DNA of 41,602 nucleotides from Clostridia bacterium (GTDB lineage Bacteria; Bacillota; Clostridia; CAKSNL01; HGM11501): NCBI GenBank assembly GCA_045545475.1, contig JAZQAZ010000005.1, positions 1 to 41,602 of the forward strand, read 5' to 3'. Shown piece by piece: positions 9,702 to 19,391 of this stretch (position 1 is its first letter; each line of letters starts with the position of its first letter). The notes under the pieces were generated by a model. It saw only the letters and a program-made list of their open reading frames with translations, ran no database searches and was not told where the DNA came from. The position numbers and the translations under genes were made by a program.

Positions 9702-10541
9702 TCAGTCAAGGAAAATTGTCTCCCCTGCTTTTATCACATAATTTTTTCCCGACCTGTTTTCCGTTATGTAAATATCCGTTGCAGTGGGGTTTTTTATGAT
9801 TTTTCCGTCAAAGGAGCGAATCAGGATCTTGTAAGCATCCATATACTCAATAATTTCAATGTTTGTGGCATACCATATGTCGTCGTGATTACTCATTTTT
9901 TCGCAAAATTCTTCTATTACATTCCAGTTATTATCATTGTCAAACTCATAGGAGTGTCCCCAGAGGTAAAACATCTGCGCTTCATAACGGGGAACACCCG
10001 AAAGAAAGTTTCCGCAAAGCTCGGCTAAACGGGGATTATTGTGATGACAAGTGGGATGAAGCGTCAGTGGCTCTTTCGGAAGGTCGAACCTTTGGGTTGT
10101 AACAACAGTTCTTGAATAGGCGATGCCAATGGACTTAAGCAGGGAAACTACTGCTTCGTTGTATCCGCCGAAGGCGTAAGCCATACCACGGATTGGGCGA
10201 TTAAAGAGTGCCTCTAAATTTTTTCTGTCCTCTGCAATATCCGTGATTACCTCCTCGCTTGATGCGTGGTTTAAGTGGATGTGATAAAGTCCGTGAACAG
10301 CCACTTCAAACCCCGGATCGTCATAGTTTTTCAGGATAAGTTCTTGTGTGAGTCTTCCCTGCTCATTTCCTTCCTCGAAAACGGTGTCCTCGGGGGCAAA
10401 AAGACCGCTGTTTATATTAAACGTTCCCTTGATGCCGTATTTTTTCATAATTTTCATAAGGCGAAGGTCGGCTCCAACTCCGTCGTCATAGCTCAAGGTA
10501 AGTGCCTTTCCCTTTCCGCCGGGAAAACGCATATATATCAT
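9702..10541 (-). CDS. Polysaccharide deacetylase (CE4/NodB fold)
   Basis: LSYDDG, GTFNINSG, EVAVHGLYH (HxxxH), GMAYAFG, YLWGHSYE. Confidence 0.9.
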   Translation of the reverse strand: MIYMRFPGGKGKALTLSYDDGVGADLRLMKIMKKYGIKGTFNINSGLFAPEDTVFEEGNEQGRLTQELILKNYDDPGFEVAVHGLYHIHLNHASSEEVITDIAEDRKNLEALFNRPIRGMAYAFGGYNEAVVSLLKSIGIAYSRTVVTTQRFDLPKEPLTLHPTCHHNNPRLAELCGNFLSGVPRYEAQMFYLWGHSYEFDNDNNWNVIEEFCEKMSNHDDIWYATNIEIIEYMDAYKILIRSFDGKIIKNPTATDIYITENRSGKNYVIKAGETIFLD

Positions 10542-12505
10542 TAATATTCCTCCTCAGGCAAATAGTCCCATATTTCCGATGAAATTTGTTTTGGAATTCT
10601 TAAAGGATGGTGGAAAGAATTCAGATAAAAGTATTCAAATTCAGCATCAAAGTAGTCATTGTCCCATTTTGCATTAGGCTCTTTTATGTTTTTTACCTCG
10701 GTTTTGTTTCCGGATACAAGTTTATAATATTTTCCGTATTCATATTTAAGAGGTGATGCCCAGGTTGCGTCAATAAGCGTAAGTTCGCCGTCAAGAACTG
10801 CTACAGTCCAGGCGTGATTAAGGGATGATTCCGTATAGCATTCAATGCCTGCGGCCTTGAGCATTTCGGATAAAAGTGCCGCATAACCTGAGCAAACAGT
10901 AAATCGGTTTTCAAAAACATCAATAGCCTTTAAGAATACTTCTTTTTTTCTTCCCTCGTAATGGTCATGGTCGTAGAATATGTGCTCCGACACCCATTTT
11001 GTTATAGTTTTTGCCTTTTCATATTCTGTGCTTTTACCAGCTATAAGGCTTTCTGTAAAGGCCTTTATTTCAGAGTTTATCTCACTGGGCTTTGCGTTTT
11101 TGGAAATGTCCCTTAAGTAAGATAAATATCCTTCCTCATCACTGAAGGCATGGTAAATGGGATAAGGTATATCTTCGTTGGTTTTCTTAAGGCCTGCACC
11201 GGTACGCCTTGCATAATAATTGTAAAGGAGTATATCATTCATTCCATACCTTGAGGATAAAATATCGGCAAGGCTTAAGTCGTCCTTTCCGGCCGTTATG
11301 TTAAGCATATAGTAAAGCACGAAAGTGGCACATTGTCTGTTAAAATTTCCGCCCATGTTAATGTAGGAAGAAAACTCTTCTCCGTGCATTCTGAAGTTAA
11401 GGGGAGGTGTGCTGTAAAAATTATTATCAGGAGTTTTGTAGCCCGCAGCCTCCAAATTATCTTCAAGCTTATCGAGATGATTCTGATAATCGCTTATTAT
11501 GGTTTGCCATGAATAGTCCTTGCCCTCTTCAAGGTCGGTAAGGCGGAAAAGCATGGTTAAAAAGTCTTTAGCACTGCATTTTTCGCTGCTGCCGAAATGA
11601 TTTTCGCTTCTGCCCTTTACAATACCTTTTTCAACTGCAAGATTTACATAGCCCTTTGCCCATTCGGGGACGTCGGCAAAGGCACAGTGCTTTTCACTGT
11701 ATGAATAAGCCTCGTCTTCAAGTCCCATAAGGCGTAATATAATGATTGCCGCCTCGGTGCGGGTCAGGTCATTTTTCCAGTTGTATTCGCCTTTTTCATC
11801 ACCCTTTATTATGCCTGAGTCGATGGCAAATCCCATTCCCAGGTTGGTGGTATAATAAAGGGTGTCTGTGTTGGTAATCGATACAAAATGAGTAAAGCTG
11901 GAATCTTCGAAAAGGTAAACCGAGTCTCTGTCATAAGAAGGGCAGTTTTCGAAAAAAAGAGTTGTGAATTTTGTCCAGTAAGCATCCAACATTTCAAATG
12001 AAGGACAGTTTTTAACAATTACCGAGTCAATGACTTCTACGAAGGGCGGAATTCCGAGACATACAAGCTTTTCTTTGTCGCATATCGCACCTTCGGCAAT
12101 GTGTGTTACCGGAACATCGTCGATAAATACGGGAATAGCCAGAAATTCTGCATCATTCAATACTTTTATCACAGTACCGGTTTCTTTGTCGAATTCACAT
12201 TCCGCAGGGATGAAATCAAGCTCTTCAAAAAGTTCATTATATTCAAGGATGGAAGTGTATTTCATCTCTAAAGGAGACAATTCTTCGATATAAACTTCGT
12301 TAACTTTTTCGTAGTCCCCCTTCGCAGCATATTTTTCAAGCTTTTCTGCGGCTGCCTTAAAGTCGGGATAAATGAGAAATTCATCACTGTATTCGCAATA
12401 TAAATCTCCGTCTACATAAACTTCTTTTCCCAAAACTGCCCGGTTGGATACGGTAATCAAAATAAATGTAAGTAATAATGCTGTAAGTTTTTTAAAAGTA
12501 TTCAT
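10541..12505 (-). CDS. Secreted S-layer-homology (SLH) protein with a C-terminal transglutaminase-like domain
   Basis: Signal peptide; BspA/LRR-like stretch; SLH motifs (LTRTEAAIIILR, FADVPEWAKGYV, GIVKG); catalytic triad in VCSGYA, NHAW and IDATW. Confidence 0.85.
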   Translation of the reverse strand: MNTFKKLTALLLTFILITVSNRAVLGKEVYVDGDLYCEYSDEFLIYPDFKAAAEKLEKYAAKGDYEKVNEVYIEELSPLEMKYTSILEYNELFEELDFIPAECEFDKETGTVIKVLNDAEFLAIPVFIDDVPVTHIAEGAICDKEKLVCLGIPPFVEVIDSVIVKNCPSFEMLDAYWTKFTTLFFENCPSYDRDSVYLFEDSSFTHFVSITNTDTLYYTTNLGMGFAIDSGIIKGDEKGEYNWKNDLTRTEAAIIILRLMGLEDEAYSYSEKHCAFADVPEWAKGYVNLAVEKGIVKGRSENHFGSSEKCSAKDFLTMLFRLTDLEEGKDYSWQTIISDYQNHLDKLEDNLEAAGYKTPDNNFYSTPPLNFRMHGEEFSSYINMGGNFNRQCATFVLYYMLNITAGKDDLSLADILSSRYGMNDILLYNYYARRTGAGLKKTNEDIPYPIYHAFSDEEGYLSYLRDISKNAKPSEINSEIKAFTESLIAGKSTEYEKAKTITKWVSEHIFYDHDHYEGRKKEVFLKAIDVFENRFTVCSGYAALLSEMLKAAGIECYTESSLNHAWTVAVLDGELTLIDATWASPLKYEYGKYYKLVSGNKTEVKNIKEPNAKWDNDYFDAEFEYFYLNSFHHPLRIPKQISSEIWDYLPEEEY

Positions 12506-12634
12506 CCTATCACTCTCTTTCTACATAACAGTATACCTTTGCAGGGAGAAAAAAGCAATAAAAATTTAATTCCTTATTGCAAAAATAAAATTTTGTGCTA
12601 TACTGATTTTAGCTTCATTTAAGGAGGAGTATTT

Positions 12635-13258
12635 ATGAAAAAAATTCTTTTTCAGGGCGATTCCATAACCGACTGCGGCAGAGCGCGCGACCGTGACACC
12701 TTCAGAGGTGTGGGCTATCCTGCTCTTGTTACAGCAAAATTAAATTACGAATATCCCGGTGAATATCACGTAATAAACCGCGGAGTTTCGGGAAACCGCA
12801 TTGTTGACCTTTATGCGAGGGTGAAAAAGGATATTATAAATCTTGCACCCGATTATATGAGCATACTTATAGGCTTAAACGACGTATGGCACGAAGTAGA
12901 CGAGAAAAACGGCGTTGACGCAGAAAAGTTTGAAAAAATTTACGATATGCTGATTACCGAAATAAAGGAAGCCCTTCCCGACCTTAAAATAATCATTATG
13001 GCACCTTATGTTACAAAGGGCAGTGCAACGGAGGCTGCATGGGACTATTTCTCAGGCGAGGTTGCAAAAAGAGCAAAAGCGGCAGAGCGCATTGCAAAAA
13101 AGCATAACCTTAAGTTTGTGACAACCCAGGATAAGTTTGATGAAATGCTGAAAAAGCACCCCGAGCCCTACTGGACACAGGAAGGTGTTCATCCCACAGA
13201 AGCGGGACACGCCCTTCTTGCCGGTCTCTGGCTTTCTGCGTTTGAAGAAATAAAATAA
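12635..13258 (+). CDS. SGNH/GDSL hydrolase
   Basis: FQGDSITD, NRGVSG, GLND, EGVHP. Confidence 0.92.
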   Translation: MKKILFQGDSITDCGRARDRDTFRGVGYPALVTAKLNYEYPGEYHVINRGVSGNRIVDLYARVKKDIINLAPDYMSILIGLNDVWHEVDEKNGVDAEKFEKIYDMLITEIKEALPDLKIIIMAPYVTKGSATEAAWDYFSGEVAKRAKAAERIAKKHNLKFVTTQDKFDEMLKKHPEPYWTQEGVHPTEAGHALLAGLWLSAFEEIK

Positions 13259-13270
13259 GGAGTAACCGTT

Positions 13271-14044
13271 ATGAAAATAGGTATCTGTACCGATGCGGTG
13301 CATATCGCACAGCTACAAGAGGGTGCGGCAGATTATGTTGAACTTAACCTTACCTCTCTGAAGAATATGAGCGAAGCAGATTTTCACAGGATGGAACTTA
13401 TCTTAAGCGACAAGGGCATAAAAGCTGAAGCCACAAACTGCTTTTTCCCGGGCGACGTAAAGCTTTGCGGTCGCAGACTTGATATGGTAAAGGTTAGTGT
13501 TCACACTCAAAGAGCGCTGGAAAGAGCGGCGATTCTCGGAATCCACACCTGCGTGCTAGGCTCCGGTGCTGCCAGGATGATTGAGGAAGGGGAAAATGTT
13601 AAATCATGCTCTTCACAGCTTATTGAAGTGTTTGGCAGAGTGGGAGATATTGCAAAGGAATATGGAACTACGGTTGTTATTGAACCGCTCAATAAGGGGG
13701 AAACAAATACCGTTAACTCGGTTTCGGAGGCTTCCAAAATAGTAAGGAAGTTAAAGCATGACAATATAATGCTCCTTGCCGATCTTTTTCATGTGGCGTT
13801 GGAAAATGAACCCCTTTCCGTAATTTCAGATAACGGGGATATACTCCGTCATATGCATATCGCTCGTCCCGAGGGAAGGCTTTTCCCGAAAGAGGGGGAC
13901 GGATATGACTATACATTGGTTAAAGAAGCCTGCGATAAGGCGGGTTATAATCTTCGTATAAGTATTGAAGGACGATACGAAGGAGACGACTTTAAGAAAA
14001 GTGCGGAAGAAAGCCTTGAATTCTTAAAAAAGATATTTAAATAA
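13271..14044 (+). CDS. Sugar-phosphate isomerase/epimerase (xylose-isomerase-like TIM barrel)
   Basis: GSGAAR, IEPLNKGE, ADLFH, HMHIA, ISIE metal-ligand pattern. Confidence 0.85.
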   Translation: MKIGICTDAVHIAQLQEGAADYVELNLTSLKNMSEADFHRMELILSDKGIKAEATNCFFPGDVKLCGRRLDMVKVSVHTQRALERAAILGIHTCVLGSGAARMIEEGENVKSCSSQLIEVFGRVGDIAKEYGTTVVIEPLNKGETNTVNSVSEASKIVRKLKHDNIMLLADLFHVALENEPLSVISDNGDILRHMHIARPEGRLFPKEGDGYDYTLVKEACDKAGYNLRISIEGRYEGDDFKKSAEESLEFLKKIFK

Positions 14045-14082
14045 GAAAAAAGCTTCGTGCAAGGCACGAAGCTTTTTTCTTA
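14042..14082. terminator. Bidirectional terminator containing both convergent stop codons
   Basis: Perfect inverted repeat TAAGAAAAAAGCTTCGTGC-AAG-GCACGAAGCTTTTTTCTTA. Confidence 0.9.
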
Positions 14083-14235
14083 TTCTTTTTCAAATGCACT
14101 CTTGTCAAGTCCGCAAACGGGGCAAACCCAATCTTCGGGAATATCCTCGAAAGCTGTGCCGGGAGCAATTCCGGAATCGGGATCACCAATCTCGGGATCG
14201 TAAACATAACCGCAGGGGCAAACATATTTATCCAT
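14080..14235 (-). CDS. Rubredoxin (51 aa, missed by the ORF track)
   Basis: Manual translation [51 protein letters not shown]; GGAGG RBS upstream. Confidence 0.95.
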   Translation of the reverse strand: MDKYVCPCGYVYDPEIGDPDSGIAPGTAFEDIPEDWVCPVCGLDKSAFEKE

Positions 14236-14296
14236 TAAAAATTCCTCCTTGAAATAATTTCTTTATTATTATGCCCAATCGGACACTTTTTATGGC

Positions 14297-14809
14297 TTAT
14301 AATACTAAAGACGGTGCGGTATATACTCTTGCGGCATATTCTGCATCCAGCATATAAAGTCCTTTGGAGTCGTTGCCGAAAAGCTCCATCTTGGTAATCA
14401 TGTCTTCTGCATTCTTTTCTTCTTCAAGCTGCTCTTTAACAAACCAATCCAAAAACTGCATGGTGCGGAAATCTTTAACTGCATAAGCCTCTGCATATAT
14501 GTCGTTGATAAGACTTGTTACATATTGCTCGTGCTCAAGTCCTGCCTTTAAGGGATCCATTAAAGTTTCCAGCTTCTTTTCAGGCTTTTCAATTGCCTCA
14601 AGTGTTATTTTTTCCGAGTTTAATCTTAAGTATTCAAGCATAAGCATTGCATGATCTCTTTCTTCCTGTGCCTGGATTTTGTACCAGTTGGCATATCCGT
14701 CAAGGCCTTTTTCATCGTAGAAATTTGAGAATAAAAGATAGAGATATGCGGAATAAAATTCCTTATTTATCTGAGTGTTTATGAGAGATGAAACCTTTGC
14801 ATTTAACAT
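14297..14809 (-). CDS. ftnA: Non-haem ferritin
   Basis: QINKEFYSAYLYL, QAQEERDHA, HEQYVT, FLDWFVKEQLEEE ferroxidase motifs. Confidence 0.92.
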   Translation of the reverse strand: MLNAKVSSLINTQINKEFYSAYLYLLFSNFYDEKGLDGYANWYKIQAQEERDHAMLMLEYLRLNSEKITLEAIEKPEKKLETLMDPLKAGLEHEQYVTSLINDIYAEAYAVKDFRTMQFLDWFVKEQLEEEKNAEDMITKMELFGNDSKGLYMLDAEYAARVYTAPSLVL

Positions 14810-14829
14810 TAATAAATCCTCCTTTTGTT

Positions 14830-14891
14830 GTTAATGATAATCGTTATTGTTTATCTGTAATTAATATAACATAAGTTTTTCTACTTGTCAA
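14830..14891 (-). promoter_or_regulatory. Ferritin promoter with Fur/PerR-family box
   Basis: TTGACA (14891-14886), 17 nt, TATATT (14868-14863); GTTAATGATAATCGTTATT (14830-14848) matches the 19-bp Fur consensus at 16/19. Confidence 0.75.
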
Positions 14892-14920
14892 CAGTTTTTT
14901 TATTTTTTTTCTTGTTAAAT

Positions 14921-14955
14921 AAAAATAAAATCCCCAACATGCACTGTTGGGGATT
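14921..14955 (-). terminator. Terminator closing the left island operon
   Basis: AATCCCCAACA/TGTTGGGGATT stem followed by a T-rich tract on the minus strand. Confidence 0.8.
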
Positions 14956-14980
14956 AATGGTTAATAAAAATCTGCTTTTC

Positions 14981-15370
14981 TTATAAGTAATAATCTTTTT
15001 TTCCGAATAAAATACTTTCGGGTTTACCGTCGGGAATATAAATGCCTATGGAATAAACTTTGCTTATTAATCCATCGCCTTCTGTAGAAAATATATAAGG
15101 TGTGTTTGCCAAAGCTGAAACCGAAATCGGAAAGATTATAGTGTCGTTAACTGTTATTTCGGTATTTTCGAAAAACTCAACAGCCTCAAACTTATCTTCT
15201 GCATCATAGAAAATATGAAAATCGGTATAGTCATCTGTAAAAGTTTTGCTGAATTTGGATTTTTTAAATTCTTTTATTGGATTTCCGAGTATGCTCCTTA
15301 CCTGTGAGCGGTCCATACCAAACTTTATGCCATTAAATCCGGATAATAACTCTACGTTAAATGTTTTCAT
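14981..15370 (-). CDS. Putative immunity protein of the upstream toxin
   Basis: 129 aa, start overlaps the toxin stop (TAATG); G-x-x-GIKFGMxRxQVRxILG start and aromatic/acidic composition resemble polymorphic-toxin immunity proteins. Confidence 0.65.
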   Translation of the reverse strand: MKTFNVELLSGFNGIKFGMDRSQVRSILGNPIKEFKKSKFSKTFTDDYTDFHIFYDAEDKFEAVEFFENTEITVNDTIIFPISVSALANTPYIFSTEGDGLISKVYSIGIYIPDGKPESILFGKKDYYL

Positions 15371-16098
15371 TATATTTTTCCCTCCTGTTCTAATTTGTCT
15401 ACATACTCAAGCATTTCAGCAATGGCATCATCATATTTATCCCCGAATTTATCGTGAATATCATCAATGTCCATTTGCAAAGCCTCTCTAAATTTGCCTT
15501 GCTCAATTAATTTGTGTTGCTGTGCTCTATATTCTTGTGCTTCGCGAGACATACCGCAACTTGCTGTTTTTCTATGGTCTTCCTTTTCCATTTTGATTGC
15601 GGGTCCGTCATCTCGCTCAAGATTTGATGCACTGTCCGCCGGCATATGATGTACTTCATATGTATTGCCTTCGCCTTCAACTCTTACATCTTTATAGCTT
15701 CCGCCCTTTTTTTCAGGCACTTCAGAAACGTCGGTTGTATCTCCTGTATCACCGATATCAACGGTTTCAGTGGGTGCGTCAGCTACATACGGAGTTTCTT
15801 CATATTTTATATTTTCCGGGCTAACATCATCTTCTAAAGACATATCCTGGTCTTCTAAGCCCGGAGGGCGATCGGGTATCTTCGGGTCATCCAAAATGCC
15901 GTCAAGGTCCAAATCGTCAAGGTCCAAATCGTCAAGGTCCGAATTGTCAAGGTCCGAATCATCGAGCCCCAAATCGTCGAGATCCAAATCGTCGAGATCT
16001 AAATCCTCTAAATCTAAATCTTCAATTTGTTGGCCAAGAGGAGAATCGGCAAATCGGTTTTTGCTTATTTCTGAAATATCACTGAAATTTTCAATCAT
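15370..16098 (-). CDS. Putative polymorphic toxin: acidic low-complexity N-terminus plus HNH-like nuclease C-terminus
   Basis: C-terminal GGSY..EVHHMPA..GPAIxMxxxDHxxTxS..YRxxQxxLIxxG..MDIxDIxxKFGxKY pattern recalls Rhs-type C-terminal toxin tips; ATG 16098 overlaps the ATPase stop (TAATG) with GAGGTG RBS. Confidence 0.7.
   Translation of the reverse strand: MIENFSDISEISKNRFADSPLGQQIEDLDLEDLDLDDLDLDDLGLDDSDLDNSDLDDLDLDDLDLDGILDDPKIPDRPPGLEDQDMSLEDDVSPENIKYEETPYVADAPTETVDIGDTGDTTDVSEVPEKKGGSYKDVRVEGEGNTYEVHHMPADSASNLERDDGPAIKMEKEDHRKTASCGMSREAQEYRAQQHKLIEQGKFREALQMDIDDIHDKFGDKYDDAIAEMLEYVDKLEQEGKI
15901..16020. repeat. Eight 15-bp tandem repeats encoding DLDLD-like pentapeptides
   Basis: Unit GTCAAGGTCCAAATC and variants, in frame within the toxin gene. 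Confidence 0.9.
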
Positions 16099-19000
16099 TA
16101 TTTTGCACCTCTCTTTTTTATATAATTTATCCATTTCGCATAAAGTTTTTTTCTGATGTCATTTTCCTCTTGCTGAATGCTCATATCTTTCATAAGGCAT
16201 TGGATTAATGCGAGTGTTTTGGAATCAGATGCTTCGGGAGAAATTTGTAATACAATTTTCTCTAACATATTTGTTAATTCTTCATTGCTGTTTGCAGTAA
16301 GCACGCAATTTTCTACTTTAATTCTTGCACCGAGAATGTCGGTTAATTCTTTTGACAATGCCCTAAATTTTGCATCGGACCAATATTCGATAAAACTGTG
16401 CTCCTTGTATTCTGCGATTTGTTCTTCTATAAACTCCGTATTTGTATTGGAAAGTGCAAGAGTGTTAAGACCATTTTCTATATCCGAAACGGAAAAGTGC
16501 AGTTTTTCCTGCACTCTGCCCTGGATAAGGAAGTTTATCAACTGCTCGCGGACATTGACTTCCTCGGGATTGGAAGGAGTTTCCGAAAAACTATATAATA
16601 TTTCGTCGAGTTTACATTTGTTCACCTGGACTAAAACAGGTTCAATCCAGTCGTTTTGGTAAACAGCTGCAACACCTCGTTTTAGCTTAGACAGTTCGTC
16701 AATCTGTTCAACGGTAAGGCCTGCAGCATACCCTACCAATTCACGGTCGCTTTGATCGGGTAATCTGAGAATAATTTTCGTATTAGTGTTTCTGATAACA
16801 GACATGTCCAATAAGCCGGGAGACTGATCTGCAATCACAAATCCTTCGCCATAGGTACGCATCTCGGCAATTGAATTTGCAAGAAGTTCCACTGACTTTC
16901 CGAGAAGATTTGAACCTTCGGAACTTTGCTCTGTAGATGTTCGTTTAAGCAAGTTATGCGCCTCTTCCAAAACCGTGATATGTGACAGGGAAGCATTTAT
17001 CTTTCCTGACGACATGCGGTATTCGTTAAGCTTCATAACCAAAAGCCCCATTATAAGAGATTTGGTTTCGGTTGAACCTACACGACTTAAATCAACAATT
17101 ACGCTTTTGTCGAAAAGTGCCTCGTCCGATATATCGTCGTTACAGAAGATGAGACCGTTTAATCCGGTTGTCAAAGAACGAACACGTGTCAAAAGTGCTC
17201 CTGAATAGTCTCCCTTACTGTCTGCAGAGTATGCTGATTCATTGATAACTTCATTTATTTTTTCAAGAATGTCTGCAAAATTCGGGAACTTACGTCTGTT
17301 TTTATTTTCTGAAGTTGTTAAATTCCATCCCAACGATACATAGGCTCGTTCAATTGCGTCCTTTAAAATAGCAGGCATAGCTGCATACATGGGCCAACAT
17401 ACATTAAAGATTTCCACAAGTCTGTCTATGTGTTCGAGAACATGCACATCATCAGGGAAGCTGAAGGGGTTAATTTTTAATAAAGAAGTTTTCTTGGGAT
17501 TTGTTCCGTATACGGATACATCAGAAAATTTTCCGAACATATTCTTATATTCGCCCTTTGCAGGTTCTACAACAAGAAAGGGGATGTTATATATGTTGTG
17601 GAGTTGATTCAGCAATTCGTAAACGGTATTGCTTTTGCCTGAACCGGTAGACCCTGTAACAAACGTATGCATTGTTAGAGAGTTTATATCAAGGTTCGCA
17701 TCTGTTTTGGTTTCTTTTCCCATGGCAAAAATTTTTCCCAGGTTAATACTCTTACGGTTTGTTTTTTTGTTGTATGAAACAACCTCTTTCCCGAAGTCTG
17801 CATGTTCTATTACGGGAAATCCGCAAACGGATTTTCTGGGTAATCCCATCTGAATGGCAAGTTCGTTACTGCTGGAAAGAGAGGAAGCTGTAACAGGTAA
17901 AGTACCCTGGGCTGTGGGATAAGCGAATATGGGATGAATAAAATTAGTGATATACTCTCTTAAAAGCGGCAACTTTTCATTGTTCATACCGCCCCAGTAA
18001 TTTATGGCTGAGGTTTCAATGCCGGATTTGGAACCTTTCATGATAGCTTTGTAAGTTCCGGCGGCCATTTCGGCAGTTTCCTGACTGTCGGAAAGGAAGT
18101 ATGCCGCACATTCCCACATACCGAGGCTTTCGCACTCATCAAGACGCTTAAGCTGTAAATCAATTCTGTCAAGCGTGTTAATCAAGGTTTTGTTCTGTGT
18201 AGTGAGCATCATGTTTTCCGTTGAACCCGATGTAAGTCCGCGAGTCTGAGTTTCGGTATCACTGCTGCTTTGATTCTCTCCGAATGATTCGCCTTCTGTG
18301 GTAGACTCCTGCTCCGTTTTGGATGTGGTATAGGAATCTCCTGTTGTCTTAGTCGGAGGGGTATAGGCTCCGAGGACGGTTTGACCAACACCTGCAACAA
18401 TTGTACTTAACCCGTCCGTAAAGGGTGCTGCAACCATTCCGGCTATGCCAAGGAGTGTGGAACCGGCACCCTTAGCAAGGATTCCTAACATGCTTGGCTG
18501 AGAAACAGATTCACTGTGTGTTGACGATGTAGTGCTGCTCGTTCCCTTTGTAGTACTTGTATTTTTAGTATAGCTTGTCCCCTGCGTTGTACCGTGAGAA
18601 AAAGCATCAGAAATGCTGAGTGCGGTATTGGTGCCATAGGATAATTGCATGTTGGCAAAGGGTGAAAGCTGAGTAAAAATGGTCTCATATGCTTTTCTCA
18701 TGCTGTCAAGCTGTTCTGCAGGAGTACTCTTTGCCAGAACAACGGCTGTATATTTTTGCCCTTGCATAGCAACAGCAAGTTTTTCAAGGCCCTGAAGAAA
18801 TGTTTCGTTATCTTTAAAATCATCATCCTTATTGTTTGCTACACAAGAAACAGATGAAATGTTTCTTGTCGCCATTTCCGATAAAAATGATTCGGCCGTA
18901 GAATCAAGTAGGTCTGCTGTTTTTACTCCCGGGAACTGCCCGATTAATGAATTCTTCAAAGTGTCCTTTAAGGACTTGGTAGTTCTCTTATCATCAAATG

Positions 19001-19391
19001 AGCGAACTCCCATATAGAAGTCGGTCCTCGCTCCGTCGCTGTTAGCGATGATAAAGACTCCGCAATTTAAATTTTGTACTGAGCTAAAGACAGAGGCAAA
19101 CTTGTATGTGGAATATTCGGATTTTTGATAAACCATTTCGGTTATCTTAAAAAGACGGATATCACTTATCTGCTTTAGTTCGTCATCTAAGGGGATAATT
19201 TCAAGGTTGGCAAGATTGTGAAGGTATTTTTTCAAAACAATATCATCAACAAGTTTGCTCGATTCCGCAAGCTGACTTTCCAACTCCGCAATGGTCGGCA
19301 TGTTGTTTTCGGTTTTCACTTCAGGGGTGGTCGGGGGATTATCGTTTTTCGTAAGTGGATTCTCTTTCTTCAGAATAACAGTTTCGCTCAT
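16098..19391 (-). CDS. Large HerA/FtsK-superfamily ATPase (DUF87-like) with Ser/Thr-rich, hydrophobic-hairpin insert
   Basis: HTFVTGSTGSGKS (Walker A), VVEPAKGEY, INPF, VLEEAH (Walker B), EMRTYG, ADQSP, NTNTKIILRL. Confidence 0.88.
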   Translation of the reverse strand: MSETVILKKENPLTKNDNPPTTPEVKTENNMPTIAELESQLAESSKLVDDIVLKKYLHNLANLEIIPLDDELKQISDIRLFKITEMVYQKSEYSTYKFASVFSSVQNLNCGVFIIANSDGARTDFYMGVRSFDDKRTTKSLKDTLKNSLIGQFPGVKTADLLDSTAESFLSEMATRNISSVSCVANNKDDDFKDNETFLQGLEKLAVAMQGQKYTAVVLAKSTPAEQLDSMRKAYETIFTQLSPFANMQLSYGTNTALSISDAFSHGTTQGTSYTKNTSTTKGTSSTTSSTHSESVSQPSMLGILAKGAGSTLLGIAGMVAAPFTDGLSTIVAGVGQTVLGAYTPPTKTTGDSYTTSKTEQESTTEGESFGENQSSSDTETQTRGLTSGSTENMMLTTQNKTLINTLDRIDLQLKRLDECESLGMWECAAYFLSDSQETAEMAAGTYKAIMKGSKSGIETSAINYWGGMNNEKLPLLREYITNFIHPIFAYPTAQGTLPVTASSLSSSNELAIQMGLPRKSVCGFPVIEHADFGKEVVSYNKKTNRKSINLGKIFAMGKETKTDANLDINSLTMHTFVTGSTGSGKSNTVYELLNQLHNIYNIPFLVVEPAKGEYKNMFGKFSDVSVYGTNPKKTSLLKINPFSFPDDVHVLEHIDRLVEIFNVCWPMYAAMPAILKDAIERAYVSLGWNLTTSENKNRRKFPNFADILEKINEVINESAYSADSKGDYSGALLTRVRSLTTGLNGLIFCNDDISDEALFDKSVIVDLSRVGSTETKSLIMGLLVMKLNEYRMSSGKINASLSHITVLEEAHNLLKRTSTEQSSEGSNLLGKSVELLANSIAEMRTYGEGFVIADQSPGLLDMSVIRNTNTKIILRLPDQSDRELVGYAAGLTVEQIDELSKLKRGVAAVYQNDWIEPVLVQVNKCKLDEILYSFSETPSNPEEVNVREQLINFLIQGRVQEKLHFSVSDIENGLNTLALSNTNTEFIEEQIAEYKEHSFIEYWSDAKFRALSKELTDILGARIKVENCVLTANSNEELTNMLEKIVLQISPEASDSKTLALIQCLMKDMSIQQEENDIRKKLYAKWINYIKKRGAK

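Noticed and set aside
14037-14225. 62-aa ORF in the track
   Set aside because: Wrong frame; the real gene is rubredoxin at 14080-14235.
15901-16020. Possible CRISPR-like or guide array
   Set aside because: Units are contiguous, spacer-less, in frame and coding. No CRISPR array or cas gene was seen in the window.
16098-19391. Assignment to Sir2-HerA, DUF4297-HerA or HerA-NurA
   Set aside because: No Sir2, DUF4297 or NurA partner, and the long N-terminus with Ser/Thr insert differs from those ATPases.
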